NCBI RefSeq assembly: GCF_009914755.1
Contig: NC_060926.1
Strand: one strand, 5' to 3'
Source of the DNA: the human T2T-CHM13v2.0 reference genome, Homo sapiens
DNA length: 64,000 nt
The first letter of the stretch is position 1. Each line of letters begins with the position of its first letter. The translations under genes were made by a program, and so were the position numbers. Below, one piece after another: positions 48,503 through 60,790 of the stretch. The notes under the pieces are model-generated. The model was given only the letters and a program-made list of their open reading frames with translations. It was not told the origin of the DNA and did not search any database.

Positions 48503-48589
48503 AAGATATGGTCCTTTTTTGACAGAGCCTATAAGTTTATTGGGGGCAAAAGTGATTTATATGTTATAAATTAAATATCCATGCAATAA

Positions 48590-49060
48590 CAACAGCTGAT
48601 ATTGTTTACTGAGTACCTACTATGTGTTATACAATATATAAAGCTTTATACATATCCACTGGATCCTCTCAGAACTGTATGATGTGAGATTTATACTTAT
48701 TTAATAGAAGGGGAACCTGAGCCTCAGTGACATTAACCAACTCCCCCAAGGGCCACAAAGGTAGAAAATGTCGAAGTCTGATTTAGCCCCAGGACCTGTG
48801 TGACTCCAGAGCCTGTACTTATTTCATCATTTCATGTCCTGCAAAGCAAATGACAGCATTTGTTCACCCAGAACTTGCCAGCAATATTTTAAGTGCTTCC
48901 CATGCATTACCTTACATATCCTCACAACAGCTTTGTGAGATGGTATCAATGGCCCCATTTCATAGATGAGGACGACAAGGCTTGAACAAATCTCACAGCT
49001 AGTAGGTAGTGGAGCACAGATTTACACTGAGGCAGTCTGATTCCAAAGCTATGCCTCTGA
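48590..49060 (-). mobile_element. Two adjacent MIR remnants
   Basis: GGGGAACCTGAGCCTCAGTGACATTAA and CCCCATTTCATAGATGAGGA cores. Confidence 0.65.
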
Positions 49061-49264
49061 CAACAGACAATTTGGTTCCAAATAAGCAATGGAGATAATA
49101 AAAACTAACTGACTTTGGCGAAAAAAATAACACTACAGGCCGGTGTCATCAGAGAAGTCTTCACAAAGAATTATAAGACTACACTGGGTCTTTGTGAATG
49201 AGCAGGATTTGGGAAGGTGAAGAGGGAGACCAGGCTTTGTGTGTAGGGTCAAAACAACTTGACA

Positions 49265-49398
49265 GGCCAGGCGTGATCACTCACGCCTGTAATCCCAGCA
49301 CTTTGGGAGGCCATGCCAGGCAGATCACTTGAGGCCAGGAGTTCAAGACCAGCCTGGCCAACATGGTGAAACCTGTCTCTAAGAAAAAAAAGAACAAA
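49265..49398 (+). mobile_element. Alu left monomer (FLAM_C-like)
   Basis: Single arm plus A tail; flanking AACTTGACA repeat. Confidence 0.88.
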
Positions 49399-49823
49399 AA
49401 CTTGACAGAAGCTTAGCATGGGTGAGGGTCTAATAAGTATGACCCAAGCAGTGATGACCTCTTGGAGAGTGGTAGGCAACAAGGCTGAGAAGATGGAGAA
49501 AAAGAGCTTTCAGTGCCAAGCCAAAGAGTGCCTGTCAAATGAGTATGAGGGTGATTACTCAGACAATAACTGCATTAAAAGTGAAGATCACTCTGAGTAG
49601 GTAAAGCCTGAACTAGCATACAGACTTTGACCATGAAAAGAGCTTGGAGCTCCACTTCAATCCCCAGAACCTCACCCCAACCCTGAGCCCAGTGAGCAGG
49701 CTGGTAGGTGCAGGCAAGAGGCTGCTAGCAGAGAAGGGTCTCACCTTGCAGCCCCTCCAGCTGCCCCAGAAGCATCCAAAGCAGGTCCGCTTGCATGGCA
49801 AACTACGAACAGGTTCCATGAGG

Positions 49824-50171
49824 GAGGGGTCCCCAGTCCCTGGGCTACAAACTGGTACTGGTCCGTGGCCTGCTAGGAACCAGGCTACACAGCAGCAGGT
49901 GAGAGGCGGGTGAGTGAGCATTAGTGCCTGAGCTCCGCCTCCTGTCAGATGAGTGGCTGCATTAGATTCCCATAGGAGCACAAACCCTGTTGTAAACTGC
50001 ACATGAGAGGGATCTAGGTTGTGCATTCCTTATGAGAATCTAATGCCTGATAATCTGAGGTGAAACAGTGTCATCCCGAAACCATCCCTCCCCCACCACC
50101 ACCCTGCTGTCCATGGAAAAATTGTCTTCCACGAAACCAGTCCCTGGTGCCAAAAAGCTTGGGGACCGCTG
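49824..50171 (+). mobile_element. MER1B hAT fossil
   Basis: GGGGTCCCCA...GAGCTCCGCCTCCTGTCAGAT...CCTTATGAGAATCTAATGCCTGA...GGTGCCAAAAAGCTTGGGGACCGCTG. Confidence 0.88.
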
Positions 50172-53100
50172 CCTTAGGGCATTGCCAACAACATCCTAGT
50201 GACCAGCCCCCACCATCCTCTCCAAGCTGGATGTTTCTGAGTATCCAGGCCACAGAATCCAGTCAGCTCTCAAGATAGTTGATCTCAAAGATTACTTAAA
50301 TATTTGCTTAGTAATTAAAATAAAGTGCCTTTCCAATAACCAAATGGCAGCAGAATGAGATGTACTACTTGAGCAGCCTCTCAATTCTGAGCAATGAGAG
50401 ATTTAAACTGAGCCATTTATAACTGAGCTACCCTTCTCCATTTCCATTTAAACACTAGTCACCTGTCTTTCTCCCCCAAGGCTCTTACATCCCACTTGTT
50501 TTTTCATTATGCACCTCTCACCTCTACAATCAGGCAGTCCATCAGCACTACAGAACATTATAAGCAAAGCCACACTTCTCAGAGGTTCTTCAGAGGACAC
50601 TATCGCCATTTGGGGTGGGACAATTACTCATCTTGCAGAACTGTCCTGGTCAAAGCAGTATGTACATCATCCCTGACCCCCACCTGTGGAACACCAGTAG
50701 TGCTCCCCCACATCACGGTGACAAAAACACTCCCAGGCACATCTATGCCGCTTGAGAGTGGCAGTACCACCCCCAGTGGAGAACAACTCAGAACCTCTAA
50801 GCAGCTTGGACAGTCAGAGCTCAAAATTATCTTAGCCCACATGAAAGAGATCATCTAAAAAAAAAAAACATAATACATTCTTCCCTTCTAAAGATAATAA
50901 AATTTCTTAAACAGCAATCCCACTCCTTCCCACCCATCAATAAGAGCACCTAGGATTGGGCAATCTCACGCTGCAGCTGCTAGTACCAGCAACTTGAAAT
51001 GAACTCCCCTGGGAGAGTGATAAAGAATCTAATTTCCAGGAAGGCCTGTTTCACCCTGGAATGCTCCATTCCATCACACGTCCACAGGTCTACCCCTTCA
51101 AGGGGAGGGGACCACACTAGAAAAACACAAGCATCTGAAATCCTCAAGTAGTTCATCATTAATGTAAAGGATTGTGGCTATGAAAAACAGTCATAAGCAC
51201 CTCTGCGTTGTGGTGCAAACTTTTCCCGTCCGTATTCATTATCAGAGCAAAAAAATAATTTCTCCAAATGTCCTCTCCCCATCCCAACTGCATACATTCA
51301 CAAAAAATTAAAAATATAAATTGACAATCACTTAAGCGCTCAAACATTCAAAAGAATGTCCAAGTTTTTACCAAGAACGCTGAGCAATGAAAACTTCCTG
51401 TTAGCCAGCATCAAAGCACTGAAAGTGTATTTGTACCAGTCTTTTCTGTGCTCCCCCTGAATAGCTCATGCAGTGCCTCCTCTATCAGCTAAGTCACTGA
51501 GGTTCCTGGAGAGGAACCTTCCCTACACGTGGAAGGAAACTAAGCTCAAGACTTTCTTCTCCTCTGGCCCCAATCCCCACTAGAGACTAACTGGTTATTT
51601 ACATCTTTCATGGTAAAAGAGCTACACTTACAGGATGTTGAAAAGAACACTATCCAAACAGAAGAAAATTTAAGATGGCCTGCCTGCCCAGGTAAATAAG
51701 GACCCAATGAATCAAACTACTTACAAGAATAACATGCCCTTCAGCACCTCATGATTTGACACACCCTGTGCAAAAACTACAAATCATTCCCATTTCAGAG
51801 CACATTTCCAGTCCCAGTCACCCAGAGAATTCCTATACGGCTTTTTGATTAGCAATATAAATTACTGGAAAATGGTTGAGTGGAATCAAACACTAAAAAA
51901 GAAAATGGACATTCATGAGAAATAAATGACAAGAGAGACTTTAGAAAGGCAGCTTTCTTGCTTAAGGCTTTTGAATGGTGTTTCAGACTAGCATTGATAG
52001 ACAGCATCAAATTAGGGTTTTCCTGATTAATTAGGTCCAAGTGTTGAACCATAAATCAAACTGACATGGATATGTTAAAGCTATAAACATCACTTTCATT
52101 TTGGTCATCTTAATAATCAGATGAGATCACCAGGTTATCAAGTGAACAATAGTTGGATACTGCAAATTATGACAATAGCAACAAGAAGAGAAGAAATTGA
52201 CTCTCAATTGGTAGATTTGGTAATTCCCCATAGTCATAGGCTAAATTATTTATAACTACTAAATGGACCTTCTTGACTGAATCTTATAAACACCTTGCTG
52301 TATTCCTTCTCCCTAACTCCATATTATTTAGTTCTTGACTATCGCAATAGTAACAACAAGCTCTAAAGAAACGAGAAGAGAGAGAAGAGGCAAAAATAGG
52401 GAGAAAAAAGAAAAAGGGAGACAGAGAAAAAGAGGGCAGAAAGGAGAGATGTCAAGGTTAGCAATCAGTGTCCAGACACTAAATTTCATGAGACCTAGCA
52501 TCTTGCATCCTAGCCTTGGTTTAAATGACACCTGGCATCTTGCACCTTAACCTCAATTTGGTACAAAATGGCAACTCACCCTTATTTAGCTATGGCCCAA
52601 ATTCAGATTGAAGCAGTATGTAATTGCTAAGTGGGTTTATAAGTCACAAGTTACATGCTAGGAACTAAATAACCTCCCATTCTAAATGTGTAAATTTTCA
52701 GAAAGTAGAGATCAGGTATATACATATATATATACACACACATACGTACATGCACATACACATATATATACATAATTTACTCTAACGAAACCAATGCTTC
52801 AACATCAATAAGCAACTCTGATGACAACTCTTATCAGAAATGTTTATGCTTGGTGATGGTGAGGCTCATTGCATTGTTATTCACACAAACACTAAACTTT
52901 ATTCACAGTTCATTCGTTAGATGAATAACTGAGTTGCACACACAGGCATGCCTCGACCTTGACCATTTAGTGATGGGCATGTATGGCTTCTGCCAACAGA
53001 GTAAGAATTTTCTTAAACTATTAAGAAATATTGTGCAGCAAGAGTGCCAAAAGATTTCCAACAATAAGTTTAAAAGCCTTTTCTTGGGCAGTAAGTACTG

Positions 53101-53462
53101 ATAATTAATCATCTAGTAAACTGAAGTCAACATTTTTAATAAAAATGTAATATGTCATTCTCTTTTTTAAAAACTGGTTTTGCTGATGTTTTACACAATA
53201 TTTTTGTATTTTTCCCCTTTAGTGACAAGTTATGCCTTGGAAATGATTTTATAAGCAGAAAGTTCAAAATTCTCCTGCCACGACCTGGATATGTGAAATA
53301 TAAGGAACAGAACAGATGAGACTAAGCGACCTCTGTATTCCCAGGGCCTGTTACAGGACCTCCTAGTACCCAGCCTACCCTCAATAAACGAACTATATAT
53401 GATGTGTTAGAATATATGTGTGAAACTAAGATGATGTCCAAAAGATGACAAAGAGATCTACA

Positions 53463-53543
53463 AGGAAGGAAGGAGGGAAGGAAGAAAAGGAAGGAAGGAA
53501 GGAACGAAGGAAGGAAGGAAGGGAGGGAGGGAGGGAGGGAGGG
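53463..53543. repeat. (GGAA)n/(GGAG)n purine repeat
   Basis: Read directly from the sequence. Confidence 0.95.
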
Positions 53544-55538
53544 GGCTACAAGAGTACATCTTATCCTACAATCAAAAATTGTAATTTGTTTTATAAGCAA
53601 TTTGCTAATATAGCATAATCATGATTTTAATTTCCCTATAGAGAAACAAATGTAATGCCAAATCATTGCCTTGTAAATCTGTAAAGAAGGACCTATTATA
53701 TTTGCAAATACTCTCATGGTAGAATGACCTTAAATTTCCTGTGTCTCCCCTACTGGATTGCTTTTAACAGACTGAGCAAAAAGAACTTCAGAACATGCCT
53801 CACCAGCAGGTTATCTTTGCACCAGGAGTCCTTTGGCCCTGGTTTGTTATGCCTGGGCTCAAATAGCATGAGGAGGTCTCCAAACCACTTTCAGGCTCTG
53901 TCAATGTTATCACTTCACGTTATAATGTGATTGTGATGACTTGAAACAATTCAATAGCTTGTTGACACAGAATCAACAATATTACATTGTCACCAACTGA
54001 TACCCACGTGTGATAAAGTGGTGTTCAGGTTTCTGCACAGACATGATGAATTTATAATGTCCCCATATTAATAGCAACATGAATAAAATTACAAGTTTAT
54101 CTGCAGTGATTGCCAGAAATGGAAGGAAAAAAAGCAGGGTATATTTCCTAAGATTTTGCCTAATCTGTGTTTTAAATATCATTAGTAATTACAGTAAAAA
54201 CCTTTGTCACTATTATAAACATAAAATTTTAGAATTTTAATGCTAAAAAGAAGTACGGCTTCAGTAATAAACTATACCAGAAAATATATACAATAAAATC
54301 TCTACTAACTGACACACAAATAATTAAAGCCATTTGCTTACTGGAGTTTTGTTTGTATTATACTTCTTACAAAGGCAATTAAAGAAAATAAAATGATATT
54401 AGAGTGTTGGTCAAGAATAGAGTTTTCAGTGGCCATCTCAATTCTGGGTGTTGGGTACCCATAGTTACAGTCTTGGATGAGTATGAGTGAGCTAATATGC
54501 AGAACATGGATCCATAGGCATTATAATAATTAAGTAAAATTTAAATTAAATTCAGTAAGAATGGCTAAAATAAGAATACCAATGGAAAAAGCAATCGCCA
54601 GAAAGCCAAGAGATGCATGGCTTTCAACTCTGGCAAAGCACTGACTGTCCCTGTGTCATTCCAAACTCTAAGTTCCATGAGGGCAGGAACTGTTTGTGTC
54701 TCATTTACCACTGAACCTTCACTCAATAAATATTTGTTACTGAACTGGTTTAGCTTGATGAACCTGAATTTAAACTGATACAGTATGCAGTTTTCTTACC
54801 TACAAAATTTCTGACCTGCAAAATCAGGTTACGGTGAGGATTAAAGAGGTCCCTGTAAACCTCTGGCACAATGCCTGAAGCACAGCCGTCCCTCCATGAA
54901 GGGTGGTTCCTTCCAGGGCATTCCCACTACTCATCTAATTCTAACATTCTAAGAGTTGTTCCCCTACTATCTGACTGAGAGAAAACTTTCAAAATCTAAG
55001 CCACCTTGCTTGGTAGGATGCTCAACACTGAAAGCACAGATGGTGGTGGTTGCCTCCACTGGCCCAGTCTTCGGTCAAGGGCAAGAGTGAAAATCAAGAT
55101 TTATTCTGAGAAACACAGGTCAAACTAGAGTCAAAAGCAAGCTTGCTCCCAACTTGCTATTTTCTTGTTTATGCATTTTTATGTTTATTTTCTTGTTTAT
55201 ATATTTTTGTATTTTCCTACGATGAGCATTTTTATTATTTTGTCCATTGTAAATCATTCATATTTCAGGTGATCCTCTGGAGTTTTACATGAAATACTGT
55301 AGGTGTATAATTCCATCACCAAAAAGAAATTGATGATAAACATACAGGCTTTCCCAGAATTGACCTTAAGTCATTATACTGTACATTAAACTTGGACATC
55401 GTTATCTTTCTATCATCATAAAAGGATTTCTGTTGACCTCAACTCATGCCTTGGCATAAGCCATAGAATTAAGGACATAAAGAAATTGAGGATTAATCAA
55501 CTGAAACCAAGCTAAAAAGTTTTCCATTCAAAAAGTTT

Positions 55539-55670
55539 GGCCAGCACAGTAGCCCATGCCTGTAACCCCAGCACTTTGGGAGGCCATAGCAGGAGGATCT
55601 CTTAAGCTCAGGAGTCTGTAATCAGCATAGACAGCAGAGAGAAATTCTGTCTCAATAGAAGAAAAAAAAA
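55539..55670 (+). mobile_element. Alu monomer (FLAM-like), degenerate
   Basis: GGCCAGCACAGTAGCCCATGCCTGTAACCCCAGCACTTTGGGAGG...A tail. Confidence 0.8.
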
Positions 55671-55736
55671 GGAAGTTCAGCGATTCTCCAGGACCCACGT
55701 TTAAAAGAATTTCAAATTTTTCCTAAAAGCATGAAA

Positions 55737-56067
<331 letters not shown>

Positions 56068-56260
56068 CTAAACTTTCTCTTATATAACAGAAGAATGCAA
56101 TAAATGCAAAAATATTATTTGACTAAAATAACATACAATAATGCCTTTCTAATTCATTCAAAGAAAAACTTTATTATCTTAAGTTGTTACCCTATTTCTG
56201 TTTGAATGAGAATAGATTTCCATAAACCTAGACATCCAGCCCCTGCAAACGAAGGAATGA

Positions 56261-56540
56261 GGCCAGGCGCAGTGGCTCATGCCTGTAATCCCAGCACTTT
56301 GGGAGGCTGAGGCAGTTGGATCACTGGAGGTCAGGAGTTCAACACCAGCCTGGGCAACATGGTGAAACCCCATCTGTACTGAAAATACAAAAAAATTAGC
56401 CAGGCGCGGTGGCATGCACCTGTAATCCCAGCTACTCAGGAGGCTGAGGCAGGAGAATCACTTGAAACCAGCAGGCAGAGGCTGCAGTGAGCTGAGATTG
56501 GACTACTACACCCCAGCCTGGGTGACAGAGCAAGACTCCA

Positions 56541-56575
<35 letters not shown>
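56261..56575 (+). mobile_element. AluS/J with tail converted to (CA)n
   Basis: Full dimer; (CA)n at 56542-56575; flanking AGGAATGA repeat. Confidence 0.93.
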
Positions 56576-56577
<2 letters not shown>

Positions 56578-57831
56578 GAGGAATGAAATACCCCATTGCC
56601 ATGACCCCACTCCTATTCTTTTCCAGTAATGAAACAGAGAGACCTTACCACCCTCCAAAGTATTCTCCACTGCACAGAGCAAACACTCCAAACTAAATGC
56701 AACGCAACAAACAGGTACTGAAGCTCTGGTAGACCATTTATCTTTGTATTCTTAAGGCAGAATAACACTTGTCAGGAAACAAGCCCTCTTGTCCACAACC
56801 GTTTGGCTATCCTCAAGCAAGCCAATAAAACTATCCCATCTCCTTCCAGAAACCAAGAAACTAAAGTCAGCCAGTTCTTCCCTGGGAAGAGTTATGTTCA
56901 CTCTGTTTACTATAAGCACTCAACACTTCACAAAGTTTGGTGGGTAAGGTTACAAAGAGGGAAAAGCAACTTAAACTTAAAAGGCTGTTCTGATAGTCCA
57001 GGAATGAGACGATTAGAGCCTTATCTAGTTAAATGGTCCCACCTCCGCCTGACTTCCCCCACCGCTGTCTAAAAATCCTCTCCTTCTCTCTCCCTCAGAT
57101 CCCCATGACATGGCCAGAGTTTCCATGGCTCACGACCCTGACCCCAAAAATCTGCTCCCAGGTGAACTTATTCACGGGAAGGTTTGAGAGATTCTTAAAG
57201 CCTTCTACGGGTGTTTGCACTTTCAGCAGAAAACAGAAGCCCTCCAAGGAATGAATTTTCTAATTGTGGCATTTTAGGCATTCCTAATGCCTACATACCT
57301 TCCTCACCGGCTTGATGGAGCAGATTGTAGGGGAACAGAGTATCTTATCAGGGCTCCTAACATCGTACCACATAGGTTGTGGTACCATGTATAAGGCCAT
57401 CTTTGCTAATGCCAGAAACCTCATCAGCAGTGAGATAGCATTTTTCCATAAAAGCACAGGCCAGCCCAAATACAGTCAAAGGGCTTTTCAGGAGAATTTG
57501 GTGACATCTCTGGATCAGTGCAATGTATTTTAGATTAATCTGGACTGAAGAAAAAGGCCCTAAGGAAATATTGCAAAAGCAATGACTCCAAAGGCCTCAA
57601 GAGAATCCATTAACACGTGAACATGATTAATGAAACACTCATGTGGGTTCTGTTTAAACTGAAAGCCCTTATTCTACTATTTGTAACTCAAAGAACTCCT
57701 TCCACTGGAAACAAAAGATTCATCCATTCCACCCAAAGTGGAATATATGTGTATGCATGCATGTACATCTACATATATGCACACAAGACAGCCCAATATT
57801 ACCAGGCTTACTGATCAAGAAACAGACTTGA

Positions 57832-58135
57832 GGCCAGGTAAGGTAGCTCACGCCTATAATCCCAACACTTTGGGAGGCTGAGGCAGGAGGATCGCTTGAG
57901 CCCAGGAGTTTGAGACCACCCTGGGCAACATAGTGAGAGCCAGTATCTACAAAAACAAAACAAATTAACCAGGTGTGATGGTGCACACCTGTAGTCCTAG
58001 CTATTCAGGAGGCTGAGGTGGGAGGATCGCTTGCGCCCGGGAGTTTGAAGCTACAGTGAGCTATGATCATGCCACTGCACTGCACTCCAGCCTGACTGAC
58101 AGAGCAAACCCAGAGCAAAAGAAAGAGAAAAAGAA
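57832..58135 (+). mobile_element. AluJ
   Basis: Full dimer running into a purine-rich tract. Confidence 0.92.
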
Positions 58136-58360
58136 ATGGGGGGAAGTAGGGAAGGAGGAAGAGAGGGAGTAGGGGAGGAGAGGAAAGAAAGAAAGAGAGA
58201 AAGAAAAGAAAGAAAAGAAAGGAAGAAGGAAGGAAGGAGGGAAGGGAAGGGAAGGGAGAAAGAAAAACAAAGAAAGAAAGAGAAAGAAAGAAAGAAAAAA
58301 GGAAGGAAGGAAGAAAGAAAGAAAGATAGAATGTAAGAGAGACAGAGAAAGAAAGAAGGA

Positions 58361-58404
<44 letters not shown>

Positions 58405-58487
58405 AAAGAAAAGAAAAGAAAAGAAAAAAGGAGGAAGACGGAGGGAGGAAAGGAAGGAAGGAAGGAAGGAAAAAGACAAGACAAGAC
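58116..58487. repeat. Composite purine-rich repeat (GAAA, GGAA, GAAAA, GACAA)
   Basis: ~370 bp of almost pure A/G following the AluJ. Confidence 0.95.
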
Positions 58488-58849
58488 AATATGCATTCCA
58501 GAAGGCATGCTTTATAGAGTGCTCATTTGGCCATGTGTTTGTTTACCATCACTGGATTAACTCAAGAAGTTTCAATAAATTTGTCCACCTATTGATTCAA
58601 CTACTGTTACATATGAAATCATTATTTCTCCAAGTATAACAGTCTGTATTTTCCTTCTTCCATTCTGCCCAGCATGTCTAAAAGTCAACAGCTTTTCCAC
58701 AGAAGGTTAAGAGACAAAGTCTGAATAGCCAGATGCTGCATACTACTGGGAAACTACTATAATATTACAGAAGGGCAAGGAAGGGGAAGAGCACGCGAAG
58801 ACTGCTTAGAAGCCAAGTAACTGTCCAGGGTGAAGTCCTTCTAGTCATA

Positions 58850-59040
58850 TACTAGGGATTCAAACCACTGCTCCACCTCTTACTAACTATCTGACAGCCA
58901 TTTTAATTTCTGTGCCTCAGTTTCCTCATCTAAAAACGGAGATAATAAGAGCTCTTACTCATAACATTAATATGAGGGTAGAGTGAGGATTATGGGTCTG
59001 GCATATCAGTAAGTGTTTAATAAAAATTGATTACTGATAC
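58850..59040 (+). mobile_element. MIR SINE
   Basis: TCTGTGCCTCAGTTTCCTCATCTAAAAACGGAGATAATAA core. Confidence 0.75.
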
Positions 59041-59993
59041 TATTTTTAGGCCAGTGTTTTCTGATCCTTTAAACTCCAAATATTGTCTCCCTCTCAATTC
59101 TACAGGGTTTTTTTTTTTGCTTCTTATATATTTGCTTATATGAGAGTTTATGTATATATATAGCTCTTCTATATTCATCATCTGCAACCCAGTTTGAAAA
59201 TCTATTAAAATAACCTAATTATGTAGCTAATTCCCCCAAAAGCTAATTTAATACAGAAATTTGAGTATTTTATTATTACTTTTATTTTACATTATTACTT
59301 CTCTTCCCAACTAAATCTTTCTGATGTCTAAGATTCACAAAACAACAACATATCCATATTCAAAGTAAAACTGAACTAGAAAAATAAAACTTAATTCACA
59401 AAGTCAAGTTTATAGGCACACATCTATTCCACATGCGTTCAAAAATATATCACTACTTAGTGAAATAAATTAACTCTTTGCTAAATTATTTCTCTGGTTG
59501 ATACTAGCTGTGTTTTTAAGACATTTTCAACAATTATATTTCAAGGGTGTTTAAGAAATTTAGTAATAATTAAAAAATACATGCTTAACTAAATAACACT
59601 AACCAGTTGCCTAAACATAGCTATCTTAATCCAAAGAAGTTGATAGTGACAATATTTATTGAATCACTGAGTTGTACAATATAGAATTACTAACCCCTGT
59701 TATTAGTATCTACAATTTTAAAATTCTCCTCACTTCACTCTGATAAATTTGGAAATTGTTTCTGACTTGATGATATTTTGAAAAACGCCAAGCATGGGGG
59801 AAACATAGAGACCACATCTCACAAAAGGAAAAGTCCAAAGCTTTTCAAAATGCAGACTGCTAAGGGTGTTATCACCATAGCAACCCTCAGTAAAGAGAAT
59901 TCCAATATGAAGTAACCAGAGAATAAGCAATATTTTAACCTCAAAAGCACAAACTTATGGATACATCTATATGGTATGCATCTGTACTATATA

Positions 59994-60006
59994 AGGTCAA
60001 AGGTTA
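59994..60006 (+). promoter_or_regulatory. Candidate DR1 nuclear-receptor element (HNF4A/PPAR-RXR/COUP-TF type)
   Basis: AGGTCA-A-AGGTTA, one mismatch from the DR1 consensus; motif only, no binding evidence. Confidence 0.35.
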
Positions 60007-60379
60007 AAAGTGACCCTAAAGTCAAATTCCAGCATTCTTTTGGTGCATACGATATATCTACAATTTCTTTCCCATCTCTTAGAGTCATTTAGAGTAAGTT
60101 TTATCCTTCTTCATATAATAGTTCCTCAAATATTTGGAGAGCTAACCATTGTTCCCCTATTCTCTTGTCCAAAAGAAACATCTCCAGTTTTTCCATCATT
60201 CCCCCATAATATTGTTTCCAGTTTTCTCATCATTCTTGTTTCTCTCTTTCAAATAAGGTTCAAATTTTCTATGCCTCTCCCAAAATGTGGTATTCAAAGC
60301 TGAAGAGAAGATGTGCAGTGTCACCCGACCAGCTTTGGCCAGGAGCAGTCATGGCATACTTTAACATTCATTTGCCTCT

Positions 60380-60790
60380 CTCTCCTCAGTAATAGAACCC
60401 AGTGTTACTCAGGTGAACTATGTGCTGAGCTAAAAAGCTACATTTTCCAAACTTCAGCCAAATGTGATCATAGGACTAAGCCTTAATCGATGAGATCAAA
60501 TGCAAGCAGTAGTGTTGTGTGGGACTTCTGGAAAGTCTCCTTTAAACAGAGAAGGCATGTCCTCCTTTCTCCTTCTGCAATCCCACTACCTGGCATAGAG
60601 AAAGGATGGCTATGGCTACAGCAGCCATTTTGGACAATGAGGTGACTTCAGGAATGGGAGTCACCAGCAGAGGACTGTGGAGCCTGTGTCTCTAATGGTA
60701 TCATGGAACCACCAGACCAGCCTTCCACTGCTGGTTATGTAAGAGAGAATTAAATGTTTGTCTTGTTCAAGCCAAACAAAATCCTCTCTG
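60380..60790 (+). mobile_element. Old MLT1 (J-like) LTR remnant
   Basis: CTACATTTTCCA...GTGGGACTTCTGGAAAG...GCAGCCATTTTGGAC...GTTATGTAAGAGAGAATTAAA. Confidence 0.6.
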
